From positions 5,276 through 69,275 of the forward strand of contig JBHIBG010000007.1 of NCBI GenBank assembly GCA_046758965.1: a stretch of DNA of 64,000 nt, in the 5' to 3' direction. Position numbers and translations under genes: made by a program. Shown here piece by piece: positions 1 to 9,877 of the stretch. The notes beneath the pieces were generated by a model. The model was not told the DNA's origin and did no database searches. It saw only the letters and a program-made list of their open reading frames with translations. Each line of letters starts with the position of its first letter. Positions within the stretch are counted from its first letter, which is position 1. This stretch comes from Candidatus Methylomirabilia bacterium (GTDB taxonomy: Bacteria > Methylomirabilota > Methylomirabilia > Rokubacteriales > CSP1-6).

Positions 1-537
1 GCAGAGATCGGGGTGGGGGAGTTGGGACGCTCCGCGCTCTATGCGAGCCTCCAGGGACTCCCGGCGCCTTTCAGTCTCCTCGCCTTGGGATGGCTTGCCG
101 ATCGCGCTCACCGGAAAGGCATCAGCCGGAAAGTCGTGGTAGCGCTCACCATCGTGCTTGCGGGAGCTTCCTTCGCAGCGATGGGGTTCGTGCTGCACAC
201 GGGTGGCTCGCCGGCACTCCTCGCCGCCCTCATGCTCGCCACGAGCTTCTTCTTCTGGGGGGCGTGGGGCCCCATCTTCGCCATCTTGAGCGACGTGATT
301 CCGGCCTCGTTCCTCGGCACCGCCTTTGGTCTCCTGAACCTCACCATCTTCGTGGGCGCGTTGGCCGGCCCGGTCTTCACCGGCTGGATGAAGGACATGA
401 CGGGCTCGTTCGCGTGGGGGTGTTACGTGGGAGGGCTCGTCAGCGTGCTGGGAGCGGCGATCGCCCTGACGTTGCGACCCGACTCTCCTCCGCACGCCGT
501 CCCCTCGGTTGCTGGGGCCGAAGAGCGGCGAGTATAA
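1..537 (+). CDS. MFS transporter, C-terminal portion; the 5' end runs off the window.
   Basis: ORF 13..537 encodes several hydrophobic helices with the typical MFS C-terminal half (GAWGPIFAILSD, LLNLTIFVGALAGP). The reading frame is open to position 1. Confidence 0.6.
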   Translation, partial: AEIGVGELGRSALYASLQGLPAPFSLLALGWLADRAHRKGISRKVVVALTIVLAGASFAAMGFVLHTGGSPALLAALMLATSFFFWGAWGPIFAILSDVIPASFLGTAFGLLNLTIFVGALAGPVFTGWMKDMTGSFAWGCYVGGLVSVLGAAIALTLRPDSPPHAVPSVAGAEERRV

Positions 538-1891
538 TCGACCCGTGATCGCCCTCTGTCGCGTGGTAGTCGCGCTCCTGGTGCTCCTCGTGGGCGCTGG
601 CCGGGCATCGGCCACCGAAGGTGTCCTGGAGGCTAGACTCGAGAACGGTCTCCGGATCCTCCTCCTTGAAGACCACCGGAGTCCCGTCGTCTCCTTCCAG
701 ATTTGGTACCGGGTCGGCTCGCGAAACGAGCGGCCGGGGTCCACGGGCATCACCCACCTGCTGGAGCACATGATGTTCAAGGGAACATCCACCTACGGCC
801 CCGGCGAGTACGCACGGCTGATCGACCAGAATGGCGGCCAGGACAACGCCTTCACGAGCCGCGACCACACCTCGTATTTCGTCAACATTGCGGCGGACAG
901 GATCGACCTGGTGCTGGCGCTGGAGGCGGACCGGATGCAGAACCTCCTCCTCGAGCCCCGGGCGATCGAGACCGAGCGCCAGGTGGTGATGGAGGAGCGG
1001 CGCACCCGGACGGAGGACGACCCGCAGGGATTCCTGGGGGAGGAACTGGCCGCCATCGCCTTCAAAGCTCACCCGTACCAGTGGCCCATCATCGGATGGA
1101 TGGAGGACCTGAGACGGATCACGCCCGAGGAGATCCGAAACTTCTACCGAACCTACTACACCCCGAACAACGCGCTCATCGTCGCCGCCGGGGATTTCAA
1201 AGCTCCCGAGCTCCTGGAGAAGATCAAGCGGCAGTTCGGCGCCGTCCCGCGCGGTCCTGCTCCGCCACCGGTGACGGCAGTCGAGCCACCCCAGCAGGGC
1301 GAGCGCCGCGTCACGGTTCGGAAGGAGGCCCGGCTGCCCGCCGTGTATATCGGCTACCACGTGCCGAATTTCCGCTCGGCCGACGCGGCCGCTCTCGATC
1401 TCCTGTCCGTTGTCCTCTCAGGTGGGCGCGCCTCCCGACTCTGGAAGCGGCTCGTCTACGAGCAGCAGATCGCCCTGAGTGCCGGAGGAGACTACTCCTA
1501 CTTCTCCGCTGACCCCAACCTGTTCTGGTTCTTCGCCACCCCCCTTCCCGGCCGGTCGCCCGAGGCCGTGGAGAGCGCGCTCACGCGAGAGGTCGAACGA
1601 CTCAAAGCTCAACCGGTTTCAGAGACCGAGCTGGCGCGGGCGAAGAATCAGATCGAGGCTTCGTTCGTGTTCGGGCAGGATTCGGTCCACCGGCGGGCAG
1701 CACTGCTAGCGCGCTTCGAGCTCATCGGTGGCTGGCGGCTCCTGGATCAGTTCGTCCCCCGGGTGCGCGCCGTGACCGCTCAGGACCTCTCACGAGTCGC
1801 GCGGCGCTACTTCCTGGACGCGCGCCGGAACGTGGGAGTGCTCATTCCGATTCCGCCAGGCTCTCCGACGCCGCGATCGCAAGGGCAGTGA
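509..1891 (+). CDS. M16 family zinc peptidase (insulinase/PqqL-like), catalytic subunit.
   Basis: Inverted zinc-binding motif HLLEHMMFKGT (HxxEH). The N-terminal hydrophobic segment looks like a signal/anchor. A 460-aa length is typical for M16. The start is uncertain because it overlaps the MFS end. Confidence 0.8.
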   Translation: MLGPKSGEYNRPVIALCRVVVALLVLLVGAGRASATEGVLEARLENGLRILLLEDHRSPVVSFQIWYRVGSRNERPGSTGITHLLEHMMFKGTSTYGPGEYARLIDQNGGQDNAFTSRDHTSYFVNIAADRIDLVLALEADRMQNLLLEPRAIETERQVVMEERRTRTEDDPQGFLGEELAAIAFKAHPYQWPIIGWMEDLRRITPEEIRNFYRTYYTPNNALIVAAGDFKAPELLEKIKRQFGAVPRGPAPPPVTAVEPPQQGERRVTVRKEARLPAVYIGYHVPNFRSADAAALDLLSVVLSGGRASRLWKRLVYEQQIALSAGGDYSYFSADPNLFWFFATPLPGRSPEAVESALTREVERLKAQPVSETELARAKNQIEASFVFGQDSVHRRAALLARFELIGGWRLLDQFVPRVRAVTAQDLSRVARRYFLDARRNVGVLIPIPPGSPTPRSQGQ

Positions 1892-3048
1892 ATCCCCCTG
1901 GCCGTCTCCGTATCGTCCGGGGCCTGCTCATCGGCCTCGGCGTCTTCCTCCTCGTGCTCGCCGGCTCGTACGGCGCCAGGGTGCTGAACTCCGGCTCTTC
2001 TGCCTCACTCGTCGTCTCCGGCACCATCGAGGCCACTCAGGTGGCGGTGAGCGCCAAGTATGCCGGTCGCATCGCTGCCCTCCTGGTGCGGGAAGGAGAG
2101 CGGGTGCGGCTGGAACAGCTCCTCGTCCGGCTTGAGGACGAGGAGCTGAGAGCCGGAGTCCGGCGGAGCGAGGCGGCACTCAGGAGCGCCCAGGCCGAGC
2201 TCCGTGACCTCCTCGCAGGAGCCCGCAAGGAGGAGATCGACGAGGCCCGTGCGGCGGTCGAGCGGGCCAGGGCTCAGCTGGAGGATCTCCTCGCAGGTGC
2301 CCGTGCGGAGGAGCTTGAGGAGGCGCGGCAGACCCTCGGGAGTGCCACCGCCACCCGGGAGTGGGCGGAACGTGATTTCGGGCGGGCTCAGGAGCTCTTC
2401 GCCAAGGAGCTGGTTGCGGCCCAGGAGGTGGATCAGGCCCGCCGGGCATATGAGGTGGCGGTAGCCCAGCAGCGTGCGGCCAGCGAGCGGCTCGACCTCC
2501 TCCTGGCCGGGCCGCGGCCTCACCAGGTCCACGCCGCCCGTGCCCAGCTCAAAGCTGCCCAAGACCGGCTGAGTCTGCTTCTCGCTGGTGCGCGGCCCTA
2601 CCGGGTCGAAGCCACGCGGGCTCAGGTGAGCCAGGCCGAGGCTGCTCTCGCCCTGGCCCGGAGCCGGATGAACGAAACCAGAATCATCGCTCCCATCACC
2701 GGCGTAGTGCTCAGGAAGAACCTCGAGATCGGGGAGACTGCCAACCCCGGCGTCTCGATCCTGAGCCTCGTGGACCCAAGCGACCTCTGGCTCCGCGCCT
2801 ACGTCCCGGAGAGTGAGATCGGGCGGATCACGGTCGGCCAGCCGGCCCGGATTACGATCGACTCGTTTGAAGACCGCGCCTTCCCCGGGAAAATCATCGA
2901 GATCGCCTCGGAAGCCGAGTTCACCCCCAAGAATGTCCAGACGAAAAGGGAGCGCGCGAACCTGGTCTTTCGCATCAAGATCGGCGTGGAGAATCCCGAG
3001 GGGATCCTGAAGCCCGGGATGCCTGCCGACGCCGAGATCCTGTTCTGA
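1888..3048 (+). CDS. HlyD-family membrane fusion/secretion adaptor protein.
   Basis: An N-terminal TM helix is followed by a long coiled-coil region with internally duplicated helical hairpins (DLLAGAR.EE..EAR repeated), then a beta-barrel C-terminus (IIAPITGVV...). The GTG start overlaps the upstream TGA (GTGA). Confidence 0.75.
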   Translation: MNPPGRLRIVRGLLIGLGVFLLVLAGSYGARVLNSGSSASLVVSGTIEATQVAVSAKYAGRIAALLVREGERVRLEQLLVRLEDEELRAGVRRSEAALRSAQAELRDLLAGARKEEIDEARAAVERARAQLEDLLAGARAEELEEARQTLGSATATREWAERDFGRAQELFAKELVAAQEVDQARRAYEVAVAQQRAASERLDLLLAGPRPHQVHAARAQLKAAQDRLSLLLAGARPYRVEATRAQVSQAEAALALARSRMNETRIIAPITGVVLRKNLEIGETANPGVSILSLVDPSDLWLRAYVPESEIGRITVGQPARITIDSFEDRAFPGKIIEIASEAEFTPKNVQTKRERANLVFRIKIGVENPEGILKPGMPADAEILF

Positions 3049-3069
3049 AGGCAGGCGCGAGAAACCTCG

Positions 3070-4041
3070 ATGGCGGACTATGCGGTGGTGACGGATGGGC
3101 TGACGCGGCGGTTCGGCACCCTGGTTGCGGTGGACGACCTCAACCTGCGGGTGCGCGCCGGCGAGGTCTATGGCTTCCTGGGTCCCAACGGCGCAGGCAA
3201 ATCCACCACGCTCCGGATGCTCTGCGGGATCCTGGAGCCGTCCGACGGGACGGGCACGGTGCTGGGCATCGACCTCCGCCGCGATCCCGAACGGGTGAAG
3301 TCGGTCATTGGCTACATGTCTCAGCGGTTCTCCCTCTACGACGACCTTACCGCGGAAGAAAACCTCACCTTCTACGCGCGCGTGTACATGGTGGTGCGCG
3401 CCGAGCGCGAGGGCCGGATTGCCCAGATGATCCGCCTGGCTGACCTGGTGGGACAGGAGAAGAAGCGCGCGGCCCATCTCTCCGGTGGCTACCGCCAGCG
3501 CCTGGCCTTGGCCTGCGCGATGGTTCACCGGCCCCGTCTGGTGCTCCTCGATGAGCCCACGGCCGGCGTGGATCCTGTCTCGCGGCGCAACTTCTGGGGC
3601 CTGATCCGGCGCCTCGTCGAGGAAGGGGTGACCGCCATGGTCACCACTCACTACATGGACGAGGCGGAGCTCTGCGACACCCTGAGCTTCATCTACCAGG
3701 GGAAACTGATCGCCCAGGGCGCGCCAGCCGAGATCAAGGCGACGGCGTTCAACAAGCCCGTGGTCGAGGTTGAGGTGGAGGGCCTCCGCCGCGCGACGGA
3801 CCTGCTCGCGGAATGGGAGGCGGTGGAGGAGGCCGTCAAGGTGGGGCCCAAGCTCCGCCTCATCCTGACGGACGAGAGAGGAACCCCGGAGGCCGTGATG
3901 CGCTACCTGGAGGGGCACGGGATGACAGGAGTGTCGGCCCGGGAGGTGGAACCCTCGGTGGAGGACCTGTTTGTCTCCTTTGTCGATGTCGAGCGGAAGG
4001 CCAGGCTCCGCGAGCAGCTCCGGGCCGTGACGAGCTGGTGA
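3070..4041 (+). CDS. ABC transporter ATP-binding protein (ABC-2 type).
   Basis: Walker A GPNGAGKST, ABC signature LSGGYRQRLALA and Walker B LVLLDEPTAGVD. Confidence 0.9.
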   Translation: MADYAVVTDGLTRRFGTLVAVDDLNLRVRAGEVYGFLGPNGAGKSTTLRMLCGILEPSDGTGTVLGIDLRRDPERVKSVIGYMSQRFSLYDDLTAEENLTFYARVYMVVRAEREGRIAQMIRLADLVGQEKKRAAHLSGGYRQRLALACAMVHRPRLVLLDEPTAGVDPVSRRNFWGLIRRLVEEGVTAMVTTHYMDEAELCDTLSFIYQGKLIAQGAPAEIKATAFNKPVVEVEVEGLRRATDLLAEWEAVEEAVKVGPKLRLILTDERGTPEAVMRYLEGHGMTGVSAREVEPSVEDLFVSFVDVERKARLREQLRAVTSW

Positions 4042-4042
4042 G

Positions 4043-5173
4043 ATGGCGAGCCGGCTGTTCGGGATGATCGCCAAGGAGTTCATCCACCTCCGGCGAGACC
4101 CGCTCGCCGTGACGCTGGCGCTCTTCGTGCCGGTGGTGATGCTCTTCATCTTCGGCTGGGCCATCAACACCGACGTCAAGCACATCCCGACCGTGGTCTT
4201 CGACCAGTCTCGGAGCAGGGAGGCGCGCACGCTCCTGGAGGCGCTGGTCAACAGCCAGTACTTCGATCTTACCCACTGGGCACGCAGCTACGCCGAGGTC
4301 ACCCGGCTGATCGATGAGGGGAAGGTCAAAGTCGGGATCGTGATTCCGCCGGACTACGCCCGGGACTTGGCCCGCCAGGCGGCGGCGATCCAGGTGATCG
4401 TGGACGCCTCCGATCCCCTGGTGGCGGCCTCGGCGATCAACTCCGCAACCTCGCTGGGGCTCCAGCGCTCCCTCCAGGTCCTCTCCAGGAACCTGGAAGG
4501 GACCGCGCTCCTCCGGCGAGTCGACAAGCTGCCCGTGGACTTCCGGGTGCGCGCCTGGTACAATCCCGATCTGCTCAGCGCCTTCTTCATCGTCCCCGGG
4601 CTCATCGGCACCCTCCTGATGCAGACCACCATTACCGCTATGGCGGTCGCCGTGGTCCGGGAGCGGGAGAAGGGAACACTGGAGACGCTCATCGTCAGCC
4701 CGATCCGGCGCTGGGAGTTGATGCTCGGGAAGATCATTCCCAACCTCGTGGTGGCCTATGGCCAGATGACGATGGCCCTCCTGGTGGCCCACTTCATCTT
4801 CGGCGTCCCGATCCGGGGGAGCCTGCCGTTGCTCTACGCCTTGTCGGCGGCCTTCATGTGGGGGACGCTCGGGATCGGGATCTTTGTCTCCACCGTGGCC
4901 AAGACCGTCCCCCAGGCCATGCAGCTCTCCTTCATGACTTTCCTGCCGTCGATCTACCTCTCGGGTCTCCTCTTCCCCATCGAGGGGATGCCGGAGGGGG
5001 CCCAGTATCTGGCGTCGATCATTCCGTTGACGTACTACCTCAGGATCGTCCGCGGCATCGTGCTGAAGGGGGTCGGGATTGGCTACCTCTGGCCCAACCT
5101 CCTCCCGCTCGTCGCCTTCGGCGCCGTCATCTTCACGCTGGCGGTGCTGCGCTTCCGGAAATCCTTGGATTGA
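4043..5173 (+). CDS. ABC-2 family transporter permease.
   Basis: An N-terminal TM helix is followed by a large periplasmic loop and then a cluster of 5 TM helices. This is the ABC-2 topology. The start lies 2 nt after the ATPase stop. Confidence 0.8.
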   Translation: MASRLFGMIAKEFIHLRRDPLAVTLALFVPVVMLFIFGWAINTDVKHIPTVVFDQSRSREARTLLEALVNSQYFDLTHWARSYAEVTRLIDEGKVKVGIVIPPDYARDLARQAAAIQVIVDASDPLVAASAINSATSLGLQRSLQVLSRNLEGTALLRRVDKLPVDFRVRAWYNPDLLSAFFIVPGLIGTLLMQTTITAMAVAVVREREKGTLETLIVSPIRRWELMLGKIIPNLVVAYGQMTMALLVAHFIFGVPIRGSLPLLYALSAAFMWGTLGIGIFVSTVAKTVPQAMQLSFMTFLPSIYLSGLLFPIEGMPEGAQYLASIIPLTYYLRIVRGIVLKGVGIGYLWPNLLPLVAFGAVIFTLAVLRFRKSLD

Positions 5174-5185
5174 GAGGTTCGGTGC

Positions 5186-6487
5186 ATGCGACAGCTCACG
5201 TGGATGCTCGCCTTCCTCCTGCTGGGAGCCGCCCCGGTCGGGGCGGCTCCCTTGCGCGCCCACCGCGAAGTTCTGCCCAATGGCCTCGTCCTTCTGGTTG
5301 CCGAGCGCCCCGCTATCCCCATCGTGGTGGTGCGCGCCTATGTGCGGGCCGGGTCGGCCTTCGACCCGCCGGACCATCCCGGCTTGGCCAACCTGACGGC
5401 TGGGCTTCTGACCCGTGGCACCGGCCAGCGCTCCGGCCCCGAGCTCGATGAGGCCATCGAATTTGTCGGCGGAAGCCTTGGCGCGAGCGCCGGGCGCGAC
5501 GGCGTGACGCTCTCCCTCGCCGTGCTGAAGAAGGACCTCGCGCTCGGGCTCGACCTCCTGGCCGAGGTCCTGCTCGAGCCCGTCTTCCCGGAGGAGGAGC
5601 TCAGGAGAACGGTCAAGGAGATCCAGGCCGCGATCCGGGCTTCGGAGGATGACCCGGCCCGGGTGGCGGCGCGTGCGCTCGCCCGGCTCCTCTACCCGGG
5701 CCATCCCTACGAGCACCCGGTGGCGGGGAGTGAGGTCGCGGTCGGGAAGCTCACTCGCGACCAGGTGGTGGAGTTCTACCGGCGTCACTACCGGCCGGAT
5801 GCCATGATCGTGACCGTGGTGGGGGATGTCCGGCGCGGGGCGATCGTCAAGGAGCTGGCGGGGAGGTTCGGGCGCTGGGCGGTAGCCGGGGACGGCCCGC
5901 CCCAGGTGCCGCTCGCCCCGGCTGCTCCACCGGTCCGGGCCCGCACGGTCACCCGCGAGCTCACGCAGGCGACGGTCTATCTGGGGCGCCCGGGCATCGG
6001 GTGGAACCATCCGGACTACTATCCGCTTCGGGTTGCGAGCTACATCCTGGGAGGCGGCTCTGCCTCTCGGCTCTACACCGCGGTGCGAGACCAGGCAGGA
6101 CTCGCCTACTCAGTCTGGAGCTACGTCGCCGCGCGACGCTACGGGGCCGTGCTGGTGGTGGGTCTCCAGACGCGGACTGAGGGGCTGGCCAAGGCACTTC
6201 AGCTCATCAGGGCAGAGATGGCCCGCATGGGCGAGGAGCCGGTCTCGGAGCAGGAGCTGGGCCTGGCTCAGGCCTACCTCACCGGGAGCTTTCCGCTCCG
6301 GATGGACACCTCCGGCGAGCTGGCGAACCTCCTCCTCACGGTGGAGGCGTTCGGCTTGGGCCTCGACTATCCCGACCGCTTCAAGGAGCAGGTGGAGCAG
6401 GTCACCGCGGCCGATATCGAGCGGGTGGCGAAGATCTACCTGGATCCGACCACCTTCTCGACCGTGAGCGTCGGGAAGCTGGACTGA
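5186..6487 (+). CDS. M16 family peptidase-like protein, probably the non-catalytic partner subunit (no HxxEH).
   Basis: It has a signal peptide (MRQLTWMLAFLLLGAAPVGAAP) and M16 fold-like blocks but lacks the HxxEH motif. It pairs with the 509..1891 gene and flanks the exporter. Confidence 0.75.
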   Translation: MRQLTWMLAFLLLGAAPVGAAPLRAHREVLPNGLVLLVAERPAIPIVVVRAYVRAGSAFDPPDHPGLANLTAGLLTRGTGQRSGPELDEAIEFVGGSLGASAGRDGVTLSLAVLKKDLALGLDLLAEVLLEPVFPEEELRRTVKEIQAAIRASEDDPARVAARALARLLYPGHPYEHPVAGSEVAVGKLTRDQVVEFYRRHYRPDAMIVTVVGDVRRGAIVKELAGRFGRWAVAGDGPPQVPLAPAAPPVRARTVTRELTQATVYLGRPGIGWNHPDYYPLRVASYILGGGSASRLYTAVRDQAGLAYSVWSYVAARRYGAVLVVGLQTRTEGLAKALQLIRAEMARMGEEPVSEQELGLAQAYLTGSFPLRMDTSGELANLLLTVEAFGLGLDYPDRFKEQVEQVTAADIERVAKIYLDPTTFSTVSVGKLD

Positions 6488-7084
6488 GTGGTACAATTTG
6501 GTGCGATGAACGTTTGGCTCATCGGCCTCGGATTCTTCCTCATCGGCCTTCTCGGGGGCGCCCCGCTCTCCGCGGCTTCCTTTTCGCTCACGCCCGGAGA
6601 GACGAGGGAGGCGCTCCGGGTGGGCCAGCGGAGCGTCGTCTCCAAAGAGTTCGGGAAGGAATGGCAGGTGGTGAACGAAAACGGGGACTCCCTCAGGGTC
6701 ATGACCCCGTTCCACCGGCTGGCCCTCGGCGCCCGGAACGCGGCCTTCAAAAACGAGACCCTCACCGAGCGAGAGATCGAGAAGATTCTCCGGGCGAAGG
6801 AGGGGAGGCTCCTCTTCTGGGCCAACCTCCACGGCGGCCGCACCGAGTTCGCCCGCTGGTATCGGCCGATGCTCCTGCTTCCCAACAACGAGGAGATCAA
6901 GCCGGCCTTCGTCCAGAATGAGCGGACGGCCCTACCCCTCGAAAACGGGCGCTATCTGGCTCGCTGCCTCTACTCGTTTCCCACCGAGAGGCTTCGCGCG
7001 AAGAGCCGGGTCGTGCTCGTGGTTCGGGAGCCTGACGGCAGAGAGGCTGCGCGATTCACACTGGACTTTTCGACCATGCGGTAA
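6488..7084 (+). CDS. Hypothetical secreted protein.
   Basis: N-terminal signal peptide (MNVWLIGLGFFLIGLLGGAPLSAASF). No recognisable family. It starts immediately after the M16 stop. Confidence 0.45.
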   Translation: MVQFGAMNVWLIGLGFFLIGLLGGAPLSAASFSLTPGETREALRVGQRSVVSKEFGKEWQVVNENGDSLRVMTPFHRLALGARNAAFKNETLTEREIEKILRAKEGRLLFWANLHGGRTEFARWYRPMLLLPNNEEIKPAFVQNERTALPLENGRYLARCLYSFPTERLRAKSRVVLVVREPDGREAARFTLDFSTMR

Positions 7085-7097
7085 GAAGGGGAGAGGA

Positions 7098-7604
7098 ATG
7101 GTGACCAAGGAGCGCTTCCAGCAGGGGATGACCTTTCAGCAGTACCTGGACCAGATGGGGACCAACAAGGAGAGATTCGTCCAGTTCCTCCGGGAGATCG
7201 CCATCACTCCCGAAGATCGAGAGGCGATGAAAAAGCTCTCGGGGAAGAAGCTCAATGTCCTGGTCATTACCGAGGACTGGTGCGGTGATGCGCTCTACAA
7301 CGTCCCTGTTCTGGCCAAACTCATGGAAGGGCTCCCCAACGTGGAGATGCGCGTCTTCCTCCGGGACCAGAACCCGGACCTCATAAACCGCTATCTGAAC
7401 CAGGGGCTGTACCGGTCGATTCCGGTCTTCGCCTTCTTCGACGAGAACATGAACGAGATCGCGCGCTTCATCGAGCGCCCTCCCAAGGTCACCGAGGTCC
7501 TCGAGCAGAAGATGCTCGAGGTGCGCCGGGCCTTCCGCAGCGAGCGCCTGGAAGAGTGGCGCCAGGCCGTTGTGGATGAGGTGCGCCAACTCCTCAGCGT
7601 CTAA
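7098..7604 (+). CDS. Thioredoxin-fold family protein with a WCGD motif.
   Basis: The motif LVITEDWCGDALYNVPVL sits in a thioredoxin-like context, with a single Cys where Trx has CxxC. RBS GGGGAGAGG lies 6-8 nt upstream of ATG 7098. This is the inner start of ORF 6918..7604. Confidence 0.6.
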   Translation: MVTKERFQQGMTFQQYLDQMGTNKERFVQFLREIAITPEDREAMKKLSGKKLNVLVITEDWCGDALYNVPVLAKLMEGLPNVEMRVFLRDQNPDLINRYLNQGLYRSIPVFAFFDENMNEIARFIERPPKVTEVLEQKMLEVRRAFRSERLEEWRQAVVDEVRQLLSV

Positions 7605-7613
7605 GGGAGAGCT

Positions 7614-8480
7614 GTGCCGGTCCACGGGTGGATCGGCCTCGTCGGCGTCGGGCTGGCGGAGGCCCTCCTCGCTTCAGGGACCCGACTGGTGGGGGAGTGG
7701 TTTACCCCTCTCGTCTGGACCGGCTACATCCTCCTTCTGGATGGTCTAATCGCCCGTTGGACAGGGCAATCCTACCTGACCACCCGCCGGGGAGAGCTGC
7801 TCCAAGTCGCCCTGGCCTCCGTGGGCTGCTGGTGGCTGTTCGAGTTCTACAATGCCCCCCGCTTCTGGCGCGGCGGGGAAGACCTCCTGGGCATCTGGTG
7901 GCACTACCACAGCCTTGAGTCTAGCCCTTACCTGCGCCGGGTGGGGTACGACTGGGCCTTCGCCACCATCTTCCCCGGGCTCTTCCTGACCGCGGAGGTG
8001 CTCAAGACCCGGGTTTTCAGTGGGCTCACCGGGCGCCGGCCGGTCCGGTTGCCCGCGTGGGCTGTCAAGCTCTCCGTCGTGCTTGGAGCGGTCTCGGCGC
8101 TGCTGCCGCTGGTCCTGGTCTCGACCTGGCTTGCCCCGCTGGTCTGGGTCGCCTACCTGCTTCTGCTCGAGCCGATCAACTACTGGCGGGGGCGTCCCTC
8201 GTGGCTCAGAGAGGTGGAAGGGGGCGACTACCGCACGGTCGCCTCGCTCCTGGGGAGCGGGATCATCTGCGGCTTCCTCTGGGAGTTCTGGAACTACTGG
8301 GCGGTCTCCAGGTGGACCTATACACTGCCCTACTGGGGCGAGGTCAAGCTCTTCGAGATGCCGCTCCTCGGCTACCTGGGGTTCCCGCTGTTCGCGCTGG
8401 AAGCCTTCGCGATGTATCACTTCCTGGCCTCGCTCCTCACGCCGAGACGATCCTGGTCGGGGGGAGAAATCAGGTCGTAG
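7614..8480 (+). CDS. Hypothetical integral membrane protein (Trp-rich, multi-TM).
   Basis: At least 6 predicted TM segments and many Trp/Tyr residues at helix ends (WWLFEFYNAPRFW, LWEFWNYWAVSRWTY). It starts 10 nt after the thioredoxin-like gene. Confidence 0.5.
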   Translation: MPVHGWIGLVGVGLAEALLASGTRLVGEWFTPLVWTGYILLLDGLIARWTGQSYLTTRRGELLQVALASVGCWWLFEFYNAPRFWRGGEDLLGIWWHYHSLESSPYLRRVGYDWAFATIFPGLFLTAEVLKTRVFSGLTGRRPVRLPAWAVKLSVVLGAVSALLPLVLVSTWLAPLVWVAYLLLLEPINYWRGRPSWLREVEGGDYRTVASLLGSGIICGFLWEFWNYWAVSRWTYTLPYWGEVKLFEMPLLGYLGFPLFALEAFAMYHFLASLLTPRRSWSGGEIRS

Positions 8481-8590
8481 AAACGGTTCCGAGCGGACGC
8501 AGACGGAGCGGTGCAAGGGTGGAGCCTTGCTGAGAACACGGTGGCTGTGGTAAAAACAAGGTGTCCTTCTTTTACTCTCCGGAGGAGACG

Positions 8591-9715
8591 ATGACGGCTG
8601 AGATCAAATTGGGTCTCGAAGATGTGGTGGTCTTGACCTCTGAGATCTGTTTCATTGATGGGCACCAGGGCCGGCTGATCTACCGGGGCTTCGATATCGA
8701 CGATCTCGTTGCACACTCCACCTTTGAGGAGGTCGTTTACCTCCTGTGGTACGGCGCGCTCCCCTCGCGGAAGGAGCTGGACTCCCACCGGAGGGCCTTG
8801 ATCCGGGCCAGGAAGCTCGCTCCCCGGGTGGTAGCGCTCCTGAGAACTCTGCCCAAGAAGACGACGCCGATGGAGGTGCTGCGCACGGGGGCCTCCGCCC
8901 TTGCGGCGTTCGATCCTGACGCGGCGGATAACTCCCGCGAGGCCTCACTCCGTAAGGCCGTTCGCCTCACCGCCCAGATGCCCACGTTGATGGCGGCCTG
9001 GGAGCGGATCCGTCGGGGCAAGGCACCGGTTCCCCCGAACCCCCGCCTGAGCCACGCGGCGAACTTCCTCTACATGATCTCCGGGAAGAAGCCGACCGAC
9101 CTGGCCGCCAAGACGTTTGACGTCGCGCTGATCCTCCACGCTGACCACGAGCTGAACGCCTCCACCTTTGCCGCACGGGTCACTGCAGCGACTCTCTCTG
9201 ACCTGCACTCCGCGATCACCTCCGCCATCGGCGCCCTCAAGGGCCCCCTTCACGGCGGCGCCAACGAGCAGGTGATGCGCATGGTGGAGCAGGTCAAGGA
9301 GCCGGCCCGCGCAGAAGCCTGGATTCGGAAGGCGCTGGTCGACAAGATCCGCATCAGCGGCTTCGGCCACCGGGTCTACCGGGTGGAGGACCCGCGGGCC
9401 AAGCACCTCCGGCGCCTGGCCACGGAGCTCGGGCAGCAGGCGGGAAATAGCCGCGACGTGGAGATCCTCCAGACGGTGGCCCGGGTCGTCACCGAGGAGA
9501 AGCATATCTACCCCAACGTGGACCTCTACTCAGGGGCTTCCTACGCCAGCATGGGAATCGCGACGGACCAGTTTACTCCCATCTTCGCCATCAGCCGGGT
9601 TGCCGGCTGGGCGGCCCATGTCCTGGAGCAGCACGCCCACAACCGGCTCATCCGGCCCCGCGCCGAGTACACTGGAGCCACCAGCGCCACCTACGTGCCG
9701 GTCGACCAGCGATAA
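8591..9715 (+). CDS. Citrate synthase / 2-methylcitrate synthase (short, archaeal-type).
   Basis: Conserved GFGHRVY motif and HADHE. The length is about 375 aa. RBS GGAGGAG lies 5 nt before ATG 8591. An earlier in-frame ATG exists at 8561. Confidence 0.85.
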   Translation: MTAEIKLGLEDVVVLTSEICFIDGHQGRLIYRGFDIDDLVAHSTFEEVVYLLWYGALPSRKELDSHRRALIRARKLAPRVVALLRTLPKKTTPMEVLRTGASALAAFDPDAADNSREASLRKAVRLTAQMPTLMAAWERIRRGKAPVPPNPRLSHAANFLYMISGKKPTDLAAKTFDVALILHADHELNASTFAARVTAATLSDLHSAITSAIGALKGPLHGGANEQVMRMVEQVKEPARAEAWIRKALVDKIRISGFGHRVYRVEDPRAKHLRRLATELGQQAGNSRDVEILQTVARVVTEEKHIYPNVDLYSGASYASMGIATDQFTPIFAISRVAGWAAHVLEQHAHNRLIRPRAEYTGATSATYVPVDQR

Positions 9716-9877
9716 GCGTGGGGGGGCGCGTTCGGAGTTGGGGTGCTCGAGCGCCGGCGCCGCCGACGCAATCTCACGGGGGAGGTTCGGCACGTAAAGC
9801 GGCCTTGCCTCGGCGAGGCCGCGGAGAGCCCGAGTCGGGAGCGAGGAAAGGGGGACGGTAGTCTCCCTCCGAGCGTT

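Noticed and set aside
9795-9815. Hairpin gcggcct-N10-aggccgc downstream of citrate synthase.
   Set aside because: The stem is short, no U-tract follows, and it lies within the probable 5' leader of the GT2 gene. It is not distinguishable from chance in 68% GC DNA.
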